Shown piece after piece: positions 50,382-62,600 of a stretch of 64,000 bases of DNA. Origin of the DNA: Lingula anatina (Eukaryota > Animalia > Brachiopoda); contig CM120643.1 of assembly GCA_051362555.1 (NCBI GenBank), positions 8,246,001 to 8,310,000 of the forward strand, written 5' to 3'. Position numbers and translations under genes: made by a program. Under the pieces are notes generated by a model. That model had not been told where the DNA came from, searched no databases, and was given only the letters and a program-made list of their open reading frames with translations. Within the stretch, counting starts at the first letter, position 1, and each line of letters begins with the position of its first letter.

Positions 50382-52909
50382 ACTGAGTGGATTTTCCCCA
50401 CTAAACGGAATGTACTCCCCCAACTTGTCTATCATATGACCGTGGCGCACTATCCAACCTTACATGCTTCAGTCAAGTCGTCACCTTTTCACATCTCCTG
50501 TGTTAGCTGACCTTGTTAGCAATTTATTAGAATAAATTTTCTAAAACAAAAACAAAACAATCCATTAATTCATCACAAACGCCAATCAACTAATCAGGAT
50601 TACTTAAAACCACCTTTTAATAATTGTGATAAACCTTATTACATAATTGAAGTCTATTATTAAAGTTTTTTTTAAAGCTTTTCATCATGTCGGTAATTTT
50701 GCGTAGGTACCGGCTGCTAAAATCCTCATCGCTCTAGACGCCGACTAACCCAAACCCTGACGCCCCTTTAAGTTTCTGAAAAAAATCACCCAATGGTCCC
50801 CCTCTTGCAATAAGGTCGCGCGACAAGGTTATTTTCAGTTGCACCCTGGATTACGCACGCTTGCTCCGCAAGGTGTCGCCTGTGGTGGGGGGCATCACAG
50901 CCCATATGGTTACTGTGGCGAAGGTGACAGGTACTTCCAAACATTTTTTCATAACTGTAATTTTTCCTCATTCTATTCATGAATTTGATATTTACGGCAA
51001 TTGAAAATGTGGCACCGGCAAAAGTGAATCTAGGTGCGTTGACAGGCCGCACAGGTGTCCCCAATTAACCGCCGCCAAAGAAGAGATCCCAAGCATTAAA
51101 CAACACAACCTGTAGATACTGGAAATTTGGCGAAAGTTTTACAAGCAACTGAGGCTTTATTAGATTTGGACAGAAATCGAGGGGAATGTCCAGTGACATG
51201 CCAAACCCCTAAGTTCAAGTCTTGGCCCTTGACACCAGTAACGCACCCCTTAGTCAAGAATCTGAACAAATCAATGTTGGGCAGGTATGCTCTGTTTTCT
51301 ACAGCCGTTTTGTGATTTTATCAACTTGATTGTCAAGTGCCAGACCTTTTGTTCCCAGGTATTAGTAGCAAACTTTATCAGATAACAATCTGACACTAGC
51401 CAAGCTGCACTATAAAAGCGCTGTAAACTCAGTTATCAATGCTGTCATCTTTACCTGTATCTTTACCGGTATTATGCCAGTGGTACGTTTGATACATTTG
51501 AGTAAGGCAACATGCTTTAATGCTTATGTTCATTTGTAATACGTTAGCATCAACCTGTTAATAAAAACTTGGAAACTTTCAATGTTATTACACAATAACA
51601 GTATAATGATGGGAGATGTTATGATTAAATGCTCAGAAGAATAATAAAAACAAATTATGTGAAATATAAAATGAATTGATTTTATTTGGGTTATTTATTT
51701 CAAACCAAATAATTATCAAACATGAAGCTTATTTTTAGAAACATTCGCAGATATATGAAATATAACCCTGCTGGTACACAGACCTACAGTTCTAAAATGC
51801 AAATACCAAGTACCTTTCACACACCACTGATAAGATGTGAATTATCATATGTATAAAGTAGTAAAAACATCACAAAATGTGTGTAAGCAAGATATTTCTG
51901 CAAGTAACCTCATTAATCAGTCAGGAAACTTCATAATGCACCCAATAAATGTAGAAATTTGAGCCAGAGAAATTCTACATACAGGCATGACAGATTTACC
52001 ATATATTGCCACCAACCCTTAACTGAATGGGCATAGAAAGAACAAAGTGAGTCTTCCTCCCATTAAAAAAGGAAAAATGAAAATAAATAAATAAAAAACA
52101 GATACTGTCATTCTTAATACTGAAAAACAATGGCACCTTGCAGCCTTCACTGCCTCACTATTTGCAGACAATGTTCTAGTCACTGTAACTGTGTACTTTT
52201 GATGAGGCATAAATGCAAGAATAACTTCTTTGAAGTACATGTATATTGTGAAGGTCCCTTTTGTCATAAATCTGCCATGTATAACCTAAATGTACAACGA
52301 TTCACACCGCAGCAGCTTGTCTTAGTAAGGACTCAACCAGTTTGAAAACTTGTGGCATAGCTTCAGGGACAAGATCACACCATCTATCCTTGCTGTGATG
52401 ATGGATCTACTAGTACATTATCTATGTCTTGTCCTCCTAGTTTCTCTAATACCATTTCCCCTGATCTATGCTCACATCAATCTCTATAGCTTTACCAACT
52501 GCTACACAGTTTTTACATCTGAAAGTATAAAGCAAAAATTGTAATAAAGCACTATCAATTTACTTGTTAGATATTGATTTGAGGGCAAAAGAAAAATGCA
52601 GAAACCTCATATCATAATCAAGATAATTGAAAATCAAATATGCATAATCAAATTAATAGCTTTAATTGTACATACTACTGATAATTTAATCTTTTAAACA
52701 GCATAAATTTCTCTTGTTAAAGCATAGCCACTTTATCAAAATGTGCTTGAAAAAATAATAATGATAATAATAATAAACAACCTGCACACAAGATGGAACA
52801 TGGAGGTCAATTGCCACAAAATAAGTTGATTTGTACTGTACTTGGTAGCCTGAGAAATAGTACCAGGTATTAATTTGAGCAGTAAATTGAGTAATAATAC
52901 CACAGAGTT

Positions 52910-53302
52910 TAGATAAGATGGACACTATTTGATTTCCAATCTTTATTAACTGGAAACAATGAAGGCTGAAATGCATACAAACAAACTATTAGTAAACTCA
53001 GTAATATAATAAATGGAAAAATATGAAATACTCAATAAAGAACTAGATTATGAAATACTGATATATGTAAATAAATGTAAGTCACCTCAGGTATAAAAAG
53101 TCCTGGACACCTCCTATCAGGGTGAAGTCCAGTGTCTGAATGATTCACTATATAGGCCTACACAGTGTGCATATAGAGAATGACATGTTCTCCAGGTAAA
53201 TACTGATGCAACATAGCCTTTGGCTACATCTAACATCTGACTAAGTACTCTTGGTAAGCAATTACCTTTGAATGAAAACTACAGTATGCTCATTATTCTC
53301 TA
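52910..53302 (-). repeat. 3' LTR (393 bp)
   Basis: Direct repeat of 58209-58601; sense termini TAGAGAAT...CTTATCTA. Confidence 0.95.
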
Positions 53303-53340
53303 TGCCCCCCCAGTCTTTTAAACATTAAAGACGGTTAAAG

Positions 53341-56300
53341 TTAGTTTTTATTTAGTCTTACAGATTTGCGTAGTCCTTCATTTGATTCCTTTAGTCCGGG
53401 TTTGTTGTGTGGTAAAAGTCTTGTTAACATCCGTGGTGGTTTTGGAAGTGCTTTAGGAGTTTCATGAGATGGTTGTGTTAAAGGTAGTGTTCCTGTTTCT
53501 TTACACTTTCCATCAGTTTCATTTGGTCTTATGGGTAGAGTTGTGGTGACAGTTTTTTCCGACTCCACTGACTCATGTGAATTTTTCAATAAGGTAGATT
53601 CTGGTTCTGGTAATTTGCTGAATGTAGGTGTGTCATTGTTTACTGTAGGCTGTTGTATATAAAATCTGTGCTTTAGGTCATCAATGATAGAGTGACGAGG
53701 TAGAGATGACACATACGGAATGAATTTCCTTAAGAATTTTCTATTGCGTAGTGTCACACGTCCAGATCCATCAACTTTCACCAGGTACTGGTCAAACTGT
53801 TTTACTTCAGTAATAGTGCCAGTTTTGTCCCATTTATTTGGATGTGGACCAGTCTGATTCTGAATACGAACGTGGTCTCCAATAGCAAGTGGTGGTAGGC
53901 GTCTAGTGTGTTCACTCCAGTGTTCTGCGGATCTCATATGTCTGTTACGGAGTGCTTCCTCACGTGCTGCTAATGTTGATTTCCATGTAGGATGTGGTTC
54001 GTATCGACCTGGTAGTATTGGAATAAAATCCCTTATTGGCCTTCCAAATATACACATTGCAGGGGACAGTTTTGTATCTGGATCAGATGTATTACGGTAC
54101 TGTAATATTGCACGCTGCACTGAATTGGTGTCCAACTCACCATTTGGTCCTGTATTGTTCATAAGCAATCGTTTGACTGTTTTGACACCAACTTCAGCGC
54201 GACAATTGCTGTGGGGAAATGCTACAGATGATAAACGGTGATGTACACCCCAATCTTCAAGGAATTTGCGTGTTTCAGAAGAAGTGAATTCAGGGCCTCC
54301 ATCGGAAGCCAATTCCTCTGGGATCCCATAAGTAGAGAATGCACGGCGTAGACTAGTAATTAGTCCTTTAGATCCTCCAGATGCATATTCTACAATTGGC
54401 CAGTTGGAGTATCTGTCAACAATGACCAAGTAATGAGTACCCTTAAACATGAAAAAATCTGCACAGATGCACTGGAAAGGATACTTTGGTGGTATGGGAT
54501 TGTAGGGTGGTGCAGAGGGTTGTGATGGTGCAATCTGGTGACAATGGTTACAATTTGCACGTACAGCAGTGATGTCCGCAGTTATACCTGGCCAGAATAC
54601 AGAAGCCTCTGCTCTGGATATCATGGATGAGATGCCTTGGTGAGCAGCGTGAAGTGCAGAAAGTATTTGTTCCCTAAGGCATGGTGGTATAATAATGCGA
54701 TCCTTGTAAATAATAACACCATCAACACTGTAGATGTGTTCCCTGAATTGGTGGTATTCACGCAATGGAGGTGGTAATTCATGGCGGTGTTTGGGGATTC
54801 CTGACTCAATGATTGACAGTAGCTGATTCATATTTTCATCACTTGCTGTAGCCTGCCTAACTTGGTTCCATGTAATTGACTTAATTGTGGAATCAAGGGC
54901 ATAAATAGCAGAGTCAATCAAATTTTCCTCAATGTCAGTGTAATCATTTACACCATCCATTAGTTTGATGCCTCCTATGAAAGATTGAAAGATGTCAGCG
55001 GAATAAGGTAAGTCATAAGATTCAGCAGTACTAGAAATATCGTCTTGAAGCTGCATTTTGGGTGGGTGCTGTTCCCCTGTTGGGTGACGAGATATTGCAT
55101 CTGCGGCTTTCTGCTTAGCACCTGGAAGATGAATGATACGGAACCTGTAACGGAGAGTACGTTCCTTGAGGTTCCTGAGACGTGTGTTGGATATGGCATC
55201 AAGGGATCTGTCTCCAAAGATTTTGAGAAGTGGCTTATGGTCAACAGCTATCACTAGGTCAGTGCATCCCAGAACAAAGAATCTTGCTTTGTCTAAAGCA
55301 TAAGCCACGGCTAGTGCTTCCCCTTCCACAGGTGCATATCTGGATTCAGCAGGATGTGTGAATCTACTACCTACAAGGACAATTTTCCATCCCGTTTTAC
55401 AGCAAAATGGTTTTGCCACTATACAATTGCAATGTTTCTGGAATAACCAAAATCCTATTCCACTTTTAGACCAATCTGTGGCTAGGCAAGTTGTTTTGTT
55501 CTTGTCGTATATCTTGACACCCTCTTCTATTTCATTGATGATTACTTGTTTGGATTCCTGAAAAATTTTATCTAATTCTTCAGTCCATTTGAAAGGCGTG
55601 CCAGGTTTGAGTAGCTCACGAAATGGTAACATCCTATTGGCCATGCTGAAGGCATAAGAAACCTGATTTAGGAGACCAAACCAAGAACGTACATCTGTGA
55701 TGTTTTTAGGTGTTGGGAATTCTGTAATTGCCTGCAGGTATTTAGGACAAGGTTTTACACTGTCCATTGTTATTGTGAATCCAGCAAAATCCACCTGGTC
55801 TGCAGCAAATACAAATTTATCAATGTTGAAAGTTATCCCATTTTTTCCACATATATCCAACCATTCAACAGCTTGCCAAAAGCTTTCTTCAATAGAATTT
55901 GCCCATAGTAGAGTATCATCTACACATTTAGTTTTTCTGGGAATGTTGGAAACAATATCATCATAACGGTGGGTGTAGGCATCACCAGAAGCGATATATC
56001 CTTGAGGAGCAACGCAATACCGATAGCGCCCCCATGGTGTTATGAATGTGGTGAGATGTCTGTCAGCTTCATGAAGTGGGACGCTGTGATAGCCGTTCCA
56101 TGCATCAAAGACTGTCTTCTTTTTATCTTGTGGGACAGATCTTGCTTGATGAAACGGTGATTGAGTATGATGTGTTTCACGTTTAGCATGGGCATTTAAT
56201 GCTTGAAGATCAACAGTTCTGCGAAGTTTGCCATTCTTCTTTGCACAAACGACCATCCTATGACACCATGTAACTGGTTCTCCTAGTGGAACGGGTTCAA

Positions 56301-58152
56301 TAACACCTAGTTTCACATCTTGGTCTAAGCCAGCCTTGACTTGGTCTTGCCAGTGTAGTGGTACTGGTAAAGGGGTATGGTATGCTTTGGGTTCTGCTTC
56401 AGAGTCCACCATTAGTCTCATAGGGGATCCATTCATCATTGTGAGTGGCTGGTGGGTACACATGTTAAAAGAGCTGGATCTGTAATAGTCAATAAGCCAT
56501 TGCTGAAGCCGCTGACGGTTTTCTTCTGTTGCTGGATAAGGAATAGATGTTGGACGTGAAGGCGGAGGTTGGCGTTTTGGGCATTCACAATCGGCATTTG
56601 TTTCATATCTTTTTGTATCACCGGCTGTTTGACAAGCATCTCCAACTTGAGGGAAGTCAATGGAAATGAGACCGAGGTCAATGCATGCTTCTCTGCTGAG
56701 GAATATTCTGTCTGAGTTGTCTGTTATGTAGACGATCTGTCTTGTTGTGTGGTGTTTTCCAAGCTTGTCTTCACCAGAGAATCGTAATATTACAGCACCC
56801 AGAATGTTTATTCCTTTGTTATTTGCTGCATGCATTTTCATTTTAACTGGAATGAGATCCTTTTCAGTTAACTGAAGGGGTTGGATTGCTTTAATACCAG
56901 CAAGACAGCTTTGACATCCAGTGTCAGCCATTACATTGAGCATTGTAGATGTAGTTGGAAGGTCTACATTGAAGCCAAGATCAGAATAATCTTGAGAGGA
57001 TACAGTGGCTTGTAATGATATGAATGATTGAGGTCTTGATTTACTTTTGATCCACTTGTCATTTAGCTGATTATATAGGTGGTGATCTAATGCAATGGCA
57101 TTTGCAGCTCGGTCGTGGTCCAATTCACCTATTGTGCATAGCGTATAAAATGACTCATTGCTATGCTCCATGAAAGCAGATTCACCATGATTAGTTACTG
57201 ACTGTGTTTTGGTATTGGACGAAGATGGGGGATCAAGCTTGGGTTTGTTCTTGTTGCGACACATGTGGTCGAAATGGTGACTGCGTTCACAGTGTTTGCA
57301 GATATGGTTGTATGCTGGGCACATTTTCTGACGTGTGCGAAATGGTGCTTTAATACCATGACCTTTTTCCCCACAGTAACTGCATATCTCAGCTTTATCA
57401 GACTTTGCATACCTTTGAGCGCGTCTGTACGAGCTAGTGGCATGGGCACCTTCGGAAGCATTTAATGTCGCTGATGAACGTTTCCCAGATTCTTTAGATT
57501 CAATAAATCTGAACACATCTTCAAGGTCCATGTTCTGGTTCATATTTCCAAGCAGGTCTAGCTGGATTTCATTATCGGCTATGCCACGACTTAAAATGTC
57601 CCTTAATATGCAATCTGTGTAATCTACATCTGTTTCACAGTTAGGGCATTTAAGTGTAAATTTACAAATGCTAGCTTGACCTTTGATTCTTGCCCCAAAC
57701 TGACGAATTGGTTCTTCTCTGTCCTGCCGCATCTCATGTAGAATGACTCGGGCAACCATGGGATTTTCTTCACGTACTGCCAGTCTCTTGATAGCAGATA
57801 GTACCTCTTCTTCACTTTTGTTTGTAAGAGTTCCACCAGCTGAGCGGGTGATATTTTTCCTAAGAGTTTCATCACAGCATTCCAGTAATTGTATTACACG
57901 ATCTTGGCCAGTAATTTTGGTTGCTATGGTATATTCTTTCCATCTAGTCAGAAAGTAAGTCCAATCTTCACTAGTACCCGCTGTAGATATTGTGGGGCGA
58001 CGAATCTTGTCAGTTTTGACCTTTGTAGATGACTGAGAGGAAGTGGCATTATGGCTTTGTGCATGTATTGTCAATAGTGTGTTAACAATGGTATCTGCCA
58101 CATCTTCTGTCTCATAGGTGCAGTCTGGGAATGGGCACTTTACAACTGGCAT
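53341..58152 (-). CDS. Gag-Pol polyprotein (1603 aa)
   Basis: N-terminal CxxxxC..HxxxH; double zinc knuckle [12 protein letters not shown]...[14 protein letters not shown]; protease ADTG; RT ([32 protein letters not shown]); RNase H (TDWS, E, DHKPL); integrase HHCC (HAAHQG..CNHC) and D-D-E (ADFF, SDGGP, RAE). Confidence 0.97.
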   Translation of the reverse strand: MPVVKCPFPDCTYETEDVADTIVNTLLTIHAQSHNATSSQSSTKVKTDKIRRPTISTAGTSEDWTYFLTRWKEYTIATKITGQDRVIQLLECCDETLRKNITRSAGGTLTNKSEEEVLSAIKRLAVREENPMVARVILHEMRQDREEPIRQFGARIKGQASICKFTLKCPNCETDVDYTDCILRDILSRGIADNEIQLDLLGNMNQNMDLEDVFRFIESKESGKRSSATLNASEGAHATSSYRRAQRYAKSDKAEICSYCGEKGHGIKAPFRTRQKMCPAYNHICKHCERSHHFDHMCRNKNKPKLDPPSSSNTKTQSVTNHGESAFMEHSNESFYTLCTIGELDHDRAANAIALDHHLYNQLNDKWIKSKSRPQSFISLQATVSSQDYSDLGFNVDLPTTSTMLNVMADTGCQSCLAGIKAIQPLQLTEKDLIPVKMKMHAANNKGINILGAVILRFSGEDKLGKHHTTRQIVYITDNSDRIFLSREACIDLGLISIDFPQVGDACQTAGDTKRYETNADCECPKRQPPPSRPTSIPYPATEENRQRLQQWLIDYYRSSSFNMCTHQPLTMMNGSPMRLMVDSEAEPKAYHTPLPVPLHWQDQVKAGLDQDVKLGVIEPVPLGEPVTWCHRMVVCAKKNGKLRRTVDLQALNAHAKRETHHTQSPFHQARSVPQDKKKTVFDAWNGYHSVPLHEADRHLTTFITPWGRYRYCVAPQGYIASGDAYTHRYDDIVSNIPRKTKCVDDTLLWANSIEESFWQAVEWLDICGKNGITFNIDKFVFAADQVDFAGFTITMDSVKPCPKYLQAITEFPTPKNITDVRSWFGLLNQVSYAFSMANRMLPFRELLKPGTPFKWTEELDKIFQESKQVIINEIEEGVKIYDKNKTTCLATDWSKSGIGFWLFQKHCNCIVAKPFCCKTGWKIVLVGSRFTHPAESRYAPVEGEALAVAYALDKARFFVLGCTDLVIAVDHKPLLKIFGDRSLDAISNTRLRNLKERTLRYRFRIIHLPGAKQKAADAISRHPTGEQHPPKMQLQDDISSTAESYDLPYSADIFQSFIGGIKLMDGVNDYTDIEENLIDSAIYALDSTIKSITWNQVRQATASDENMNQLLSIIESGIPKHRHELPPPLREYHQFREHIYSVDGVIIYKDRIIIPPCLREQILSALHAAHQGISSMISRAEASVFWPGITADITAVRANCNHCHQIAPSQPSAPPYNPIPPKYPFQCICADFFMFKGTHYLVIVDRYSNWPIVEYASGGSKGLITSLRRAFSTYGIPEELASDGGPEFTSSETRKFLEDWGVHHRLSSVAFPHSNCRAEVGVKTVKRLLMNNTGPNGELDTNSVQRAILQYRNTSDPDTKLSPAMCIFGRPIRDFIPILPGRYEPHPTWKSTLAAREEALRNRHMRSAEHWSEHTRRLPPLAIGDHVRIQNQTGPHPNKWDKTGTITEVKQFDQYLVKVDGSGRVTLRNRKFLRKFIPYVSSLPRHSIIDDLKHRFYIQQPTVNNDTPTFSKLPEPESTLLKNSHESVESEKTVTTTLPIRPNETDGKCKETGTLPLTQPSHETPKALPKPPRMLTRLLPHNKPGLKESNEGLRKSVRLNKN

Positions 58153-58208
58153 GCTGGCCTGTAGGATGGACTGTTTACCGGTAGACTATGGTCATACCTG
58201 AGCCTTCA

Positions 58209-58601
58209 TAGATAAGATGGACACTATTTGATTTCCAATCTTTATTAACTGGAAACAATGAAGGCTGAAATGCATACAAACAAACTATTAGTAAACTCAG
58301 TAATATAATAAATGGAAAAATATGAAATACTCAATAAAGAACTAGATTATGAAATACTGATATATGTAAATAAATGTAAGTCACCTCAGGTATAAAAAGT
58401 CCTGGACACCTCCTATCAGGGTGAAGTCCAGTGTCTGAATGATTCACTATATAGGCCTACACAGTGTGCATATAGAGAATGACATGTTCTCCAGGTAAAT
58501 ACTGATGCAACATAGCCTTTGGCTACATCTAACATCTGACTAAGTACTCTTGGTAAGCAATTACCTTTGAATGAAAACTACAGTATGCTCATTATTCTCT
58601 A
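58209..58601 (-). repeat. 5' LTR (393 bp)
   Basis: Direct repeat of 52910-53302. On the sense strand it contains TATATAG (~58447-58453) and AATAAA (58241-58246). Confidence 0.95.
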
Positions 58602-59019
58602 GAGTTCACAATGACACAAGCATATGGTGTTGTGTAACAAAATTCATGCATTACTTGCTGTGGCAGTGTCCTCCTCAACCTATCGTGCACCGCAGGTTTT
58701 GATTTTCAATGTCATCAAAATTTTTTATTGTTGTTAGTTTGATTTATGTATCTGCTATTCAAATAATATCCTTAGGAAAATAACTTACTGATTTAATTAT
58801 GCTTTTGCAACATGAAATTATCATTAACTTTGCCGGTTCACGTGTATACAGTACCTTGCAATCAGTGCTGCTCTATTCTCCCCAACTCGCCACTGACAGG
58901 CTAACCACATCGTTTCAAAACAACGTTGGTATGCTCCTTTACTTTTGGTGTTGGCAGTTTCGCCCTGGGGACATCGTTTTTGGTTAAAAACAACGTATCG
59001 TTTTCACCCATCTATGCAT

Positions 59020-59358
59020 TGCTCGTGTACAAAATGGCCGCTTGCTGCCCCCCAAGGGAAAAATCGTAGCACGTGGGTAGTTACGCAAGACCTGTGACGT
59101 ATAACGCGCGCAAGGTTATTAGAATTTTGACTAGCTAATCCTACCGGTAGTTCTAAACCGTAGGCCCCTACCCTGTGGGGGTCTTATGGGCGCATAGCTG
59201 GAAATTTTGCATTACCTAATTATTATCATTAAAACTACGTTAAGTGATTTTATTAAATTAATCTAAAAGCACAAAACCGATATTTTAATTAGTCCTATGG
59301 TTAGAAATTTTTTTTAAAAACAGAGAACAGAATTTTCTTTTCTTTCCTTCTATTTCTT

Positions 59359-59404
<46 letters not shown>

Positions 59405-59632
59405 GCATTCGCTAAATTTCAATCTTTTAATTCTTAGATCAAAATACTCTTCAAATATAATTTTCATGAGATTTTATAGAGTTAAACTCCTTGGCCCTAG
59501 ATGCCGTCGTCCTCATTCTCTCCCCGTCCCCCTCACTTTCCACCACCAAGCCTGAAATCCCGCTTTCCGACATTTTGAGAAAATGCAATGACCTTGAGAT
59601 AATGGAGGTCATTGATCGGCGGGATTTCAAAG
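59020..59632. promoter_or_regulatory. CpG-rich, probably bidirectional promoter of HAUS4
   Basis: YY1-like AAAATGGCCG (59031), E-box CACGTG (~59070), TGACGT and CGCGCG. An inverted pair TGAAATCCCGC (59553-59563) / GCGGGATTTCA (59619-59629) resembles E2F plus CHR (TTTGAA) cell-cycle elements, just before the ATG. Confidence 0.5.
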
Positions 59633-62600
59633 ATGTCGGATGTGGATTCACAGTTCAAAACAACCGCTGCTTCCCTTAAAGAGGCACAAGAAGTAGCAGA
59701 TCAAGGTATATCGTTAAATGTTTAAAATGTGCTGTACAGCTGAACCCATTTGTTTACAGTGTGTGTAATATATTAACATATATTTCTAGAAGCTGAACTG
59801 AATGTGTGTGTCCACCTTTTGTTTTTGGTAAAATTTAATTATGGGTTCGGCCTCTTGGCACGGAATTCTGCCGGCAATACTTGCGTTAGGCTGGGACTGC
59901 AAATCCTATATACGAGTTCTGGTATCAGAGGGGGTGCTAACACTTGAATTTTTGTGTTTTAAAGTGGTGTGTGTGTGTGTGTGTGTGTGTGGAAGGGGGG
60001 GGGGGGTAAAATAACCTTACCACTACAAGTTGCATACAATAATAAATATAAGGTTGTAAGTGAACCATGTTTTTTGTGGATATATCATTCCAGTTAACGA
60101 GAAATTACCCATAAACCTGACAGCTCATGATGTGGAGCAGTACCCTGAGTTTGTGAAGCTGCTGCAGGGGTTGAATCAACATCTCACAGAGAAGGGAATC
60201 AGTCGTGCCGTACAGAAGGATCTTGTGCAGGTACAGTAGCATTTGAGCTTCATGTGTCAGCCTCTGGCAGTTTTTCACATTATTTTTTTGTTGGTTAATG
60301 TATGTTATTCCAGATGTAACTGGTTAAGAGACAGAGTAAGACATTCAGAATAACAAACTACTAGATTGTATTGGAAATTTTACTCAGAAATGATTTGACT
60401 AATGTGGAGTGTCATGCTCTGACATTTTTAAGTGCTTGTATATAGCTCAATCATATGTTTGTCTTTGGCCTTTTTAAATTTTTAAAGTCTGAGCAAAATT
60501 AACATTTTTGTTTAGTACAATAATTTTTTGGCACTTACTCTGAAATGCAGTATTTTCAATATATAAAACCTAGATCCCAGAGTGTTTTAGTACATATTTT
60601 GCTGTTTGTACTTAATATCACAGTAATTCTTTTCACAGGCAGAAGATGCCCTGAAGCAGGAAAAGCATGCTTGGCTTCAGTTTCACATTCTTTACCTAGA
60701 ACTTCAAGAGTTGATTCTGGACTTTGAGATCAAAAGTCAAGACATGGCCCCCAGTTCAGCAAGTAGCCAGGTGAGACTGGAAGAAAAATCAGTTTGAAAA
60801 CGAATTTAATAACTCAGAAAACATTAAAAAATAAGTACTGTAGTTTTAAGAATTGCAGAAAATTTATTTTGTGTGACGAGTTTAAAGCAGGGAGCATAGG
60901 ATCCAATATTTTGTTTGTATTGCAGGTAAACTAATTTCAATTAGCTCTTTCACTTGGTTTCTCAAAAGTATTATAAACCATTTTTGGGGGTTCACATCAA
61001 CATATTTTGTTTTAGTCAAATAACTCTGTTTTCACCAAATGAGTGAAAGTAAATTGTTTTTCACTTCTGTGTTTGTCTTTCCTTTGCTGTAAAAATATTT
61101 CATTAATTTCTGCATTTTGTGAAAATGATATTTGATAAAAGTGGTCTATCATGCGTTAGTGAGTATATGGACCTACATTACCACATTACCTAATATTGAC
61201 AGAGAGAGTAGTACTTTTTGATACATTCATCTACTCATTTTGATATTTTTATTTATTACCTTTGACAAGGAAGTCATGTTTTCATTGCCATTAGAGAGAC
61301 ACAAGCAGTGGTAATTACACCTTGACCTATTTTATATTTATAAATATTTGTTTTTTTTTAAATCATTTTTCATATTTTAGTATTATGAAGCCCTAAAAGA
61401 TGTGGTGACGCTGGCAGAGTTAGGCGACTACCTGAACTGCTCCCTCCAAGCTGACAATGAGGCCACGCTACTGGGACTAACACAGGAAGGTCTGCAGAGG
61501 ATGAACCCATACAAGAAAGTAAGAGGACACTAGCAGAGCTTGGTTTATTGATTACTTCAGCCAAGGAGATTATGTTTTGTCTTAGTTGATTTGTTAGTTA
61601 ACAGCCTAACTCAGAATGTACGAGGACAGGGATTGGTTCCCTTATTACTTCTCAAGTCTGCCTTCATTGCAATATGCTGGTAGTTCCTTTTGTTAATTTT
61701 TGTGATAAATAGCCATGGAAATATTGTATTTACTATAGCATTTCTGCAGATATAACATAAGTTTTAATAGTAAATATAGGTAGATATGAAATATTGAACT
61801 GAATGGATTTTCATGCAGAATTTGAAATGTTTTATAGGTAGCTGACTAATTGTTTTTACCTTGTATAAATCAGTGAAACACATTTTGGTACTTGTTTCTA
61901 AAGGATATGAAGGCAATACAGCAAAAACTTGTGCCCGAAGTTGAGAACAGACTGAGGAGGAAATGTGAAAATCTGGTGGAGTTTTATGAGCCATTACATG
62001 ACAAAGGTACTGCTACCATATGTTTTTGGATGTTATAAATTTTACATATAGAATAGACTGAGAATAGGAAAAAAATTGATGGCAGGTCTTATGTCAGAAA
62101 CAAATTTTTGTTGAATAACTTTTAGTAAAATTTATAGTGCTTCATACTAAAGTAGCCATGAATAAAAAATACCTTGTAGTTTGCGGACTGTTCTAGTTTT
62201 TACCTTGTTATACCCATTTTGAAAATGATGTTTCTTTTTTTCTTTATCAGACAAGGAGAAGTTAACCTTTGCTAAGGCCTCCCAGCTTCCTGCTTTTCTG
62301 GAAGCTGAGATACATTCTATAGAGGAAGAGAAAAAATTGCTGAAGAAAGAAAAAAGCATCAGAGAAAAACATTTCAGGAAGTATTACCAGGTTTGTAGAA
62401 CCATGTGTACTTTTTGTAGGATTAGGAGGAAAAAGTTGCACCAAAAGGAGTATTTTTGGCATGGAAATGTGTAATGTCTAAAATATTTCATTTTTTAAAC
62501 AAAGTTTGACATTCCACCTCTGTGATGGTGAATTTCCGCAGCTCTCCAGTCTGCACACTTGAAATGCCGTGTTTGTGAAATACAAGGTGCAGCCAGCATT

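Larger units (their letters stand above)
52910..58601 (-). mobile_element. Full-length Ty3/Gypsy LTR retrotransposon (non-chromovirus, Mag-like Gag), intact and very recent
   Basis: Two 393-bp LTRs identical by eye; 5-bp TSD GAGTT (52905-52909, 58602-58606); PPT AAAAGACTGGGGGGG next to the 3' LTR; single uninterrupted gag-pol ORF in PR-RT-RH-IN order. Confidence 0.97.

Noticed and set aside
53906-57958. Short ORFs overlapping gag-pol on both strands, and those overlapping 41931-43580
   Set aside because: Shadow frames of long coding sequences; no independent signals.
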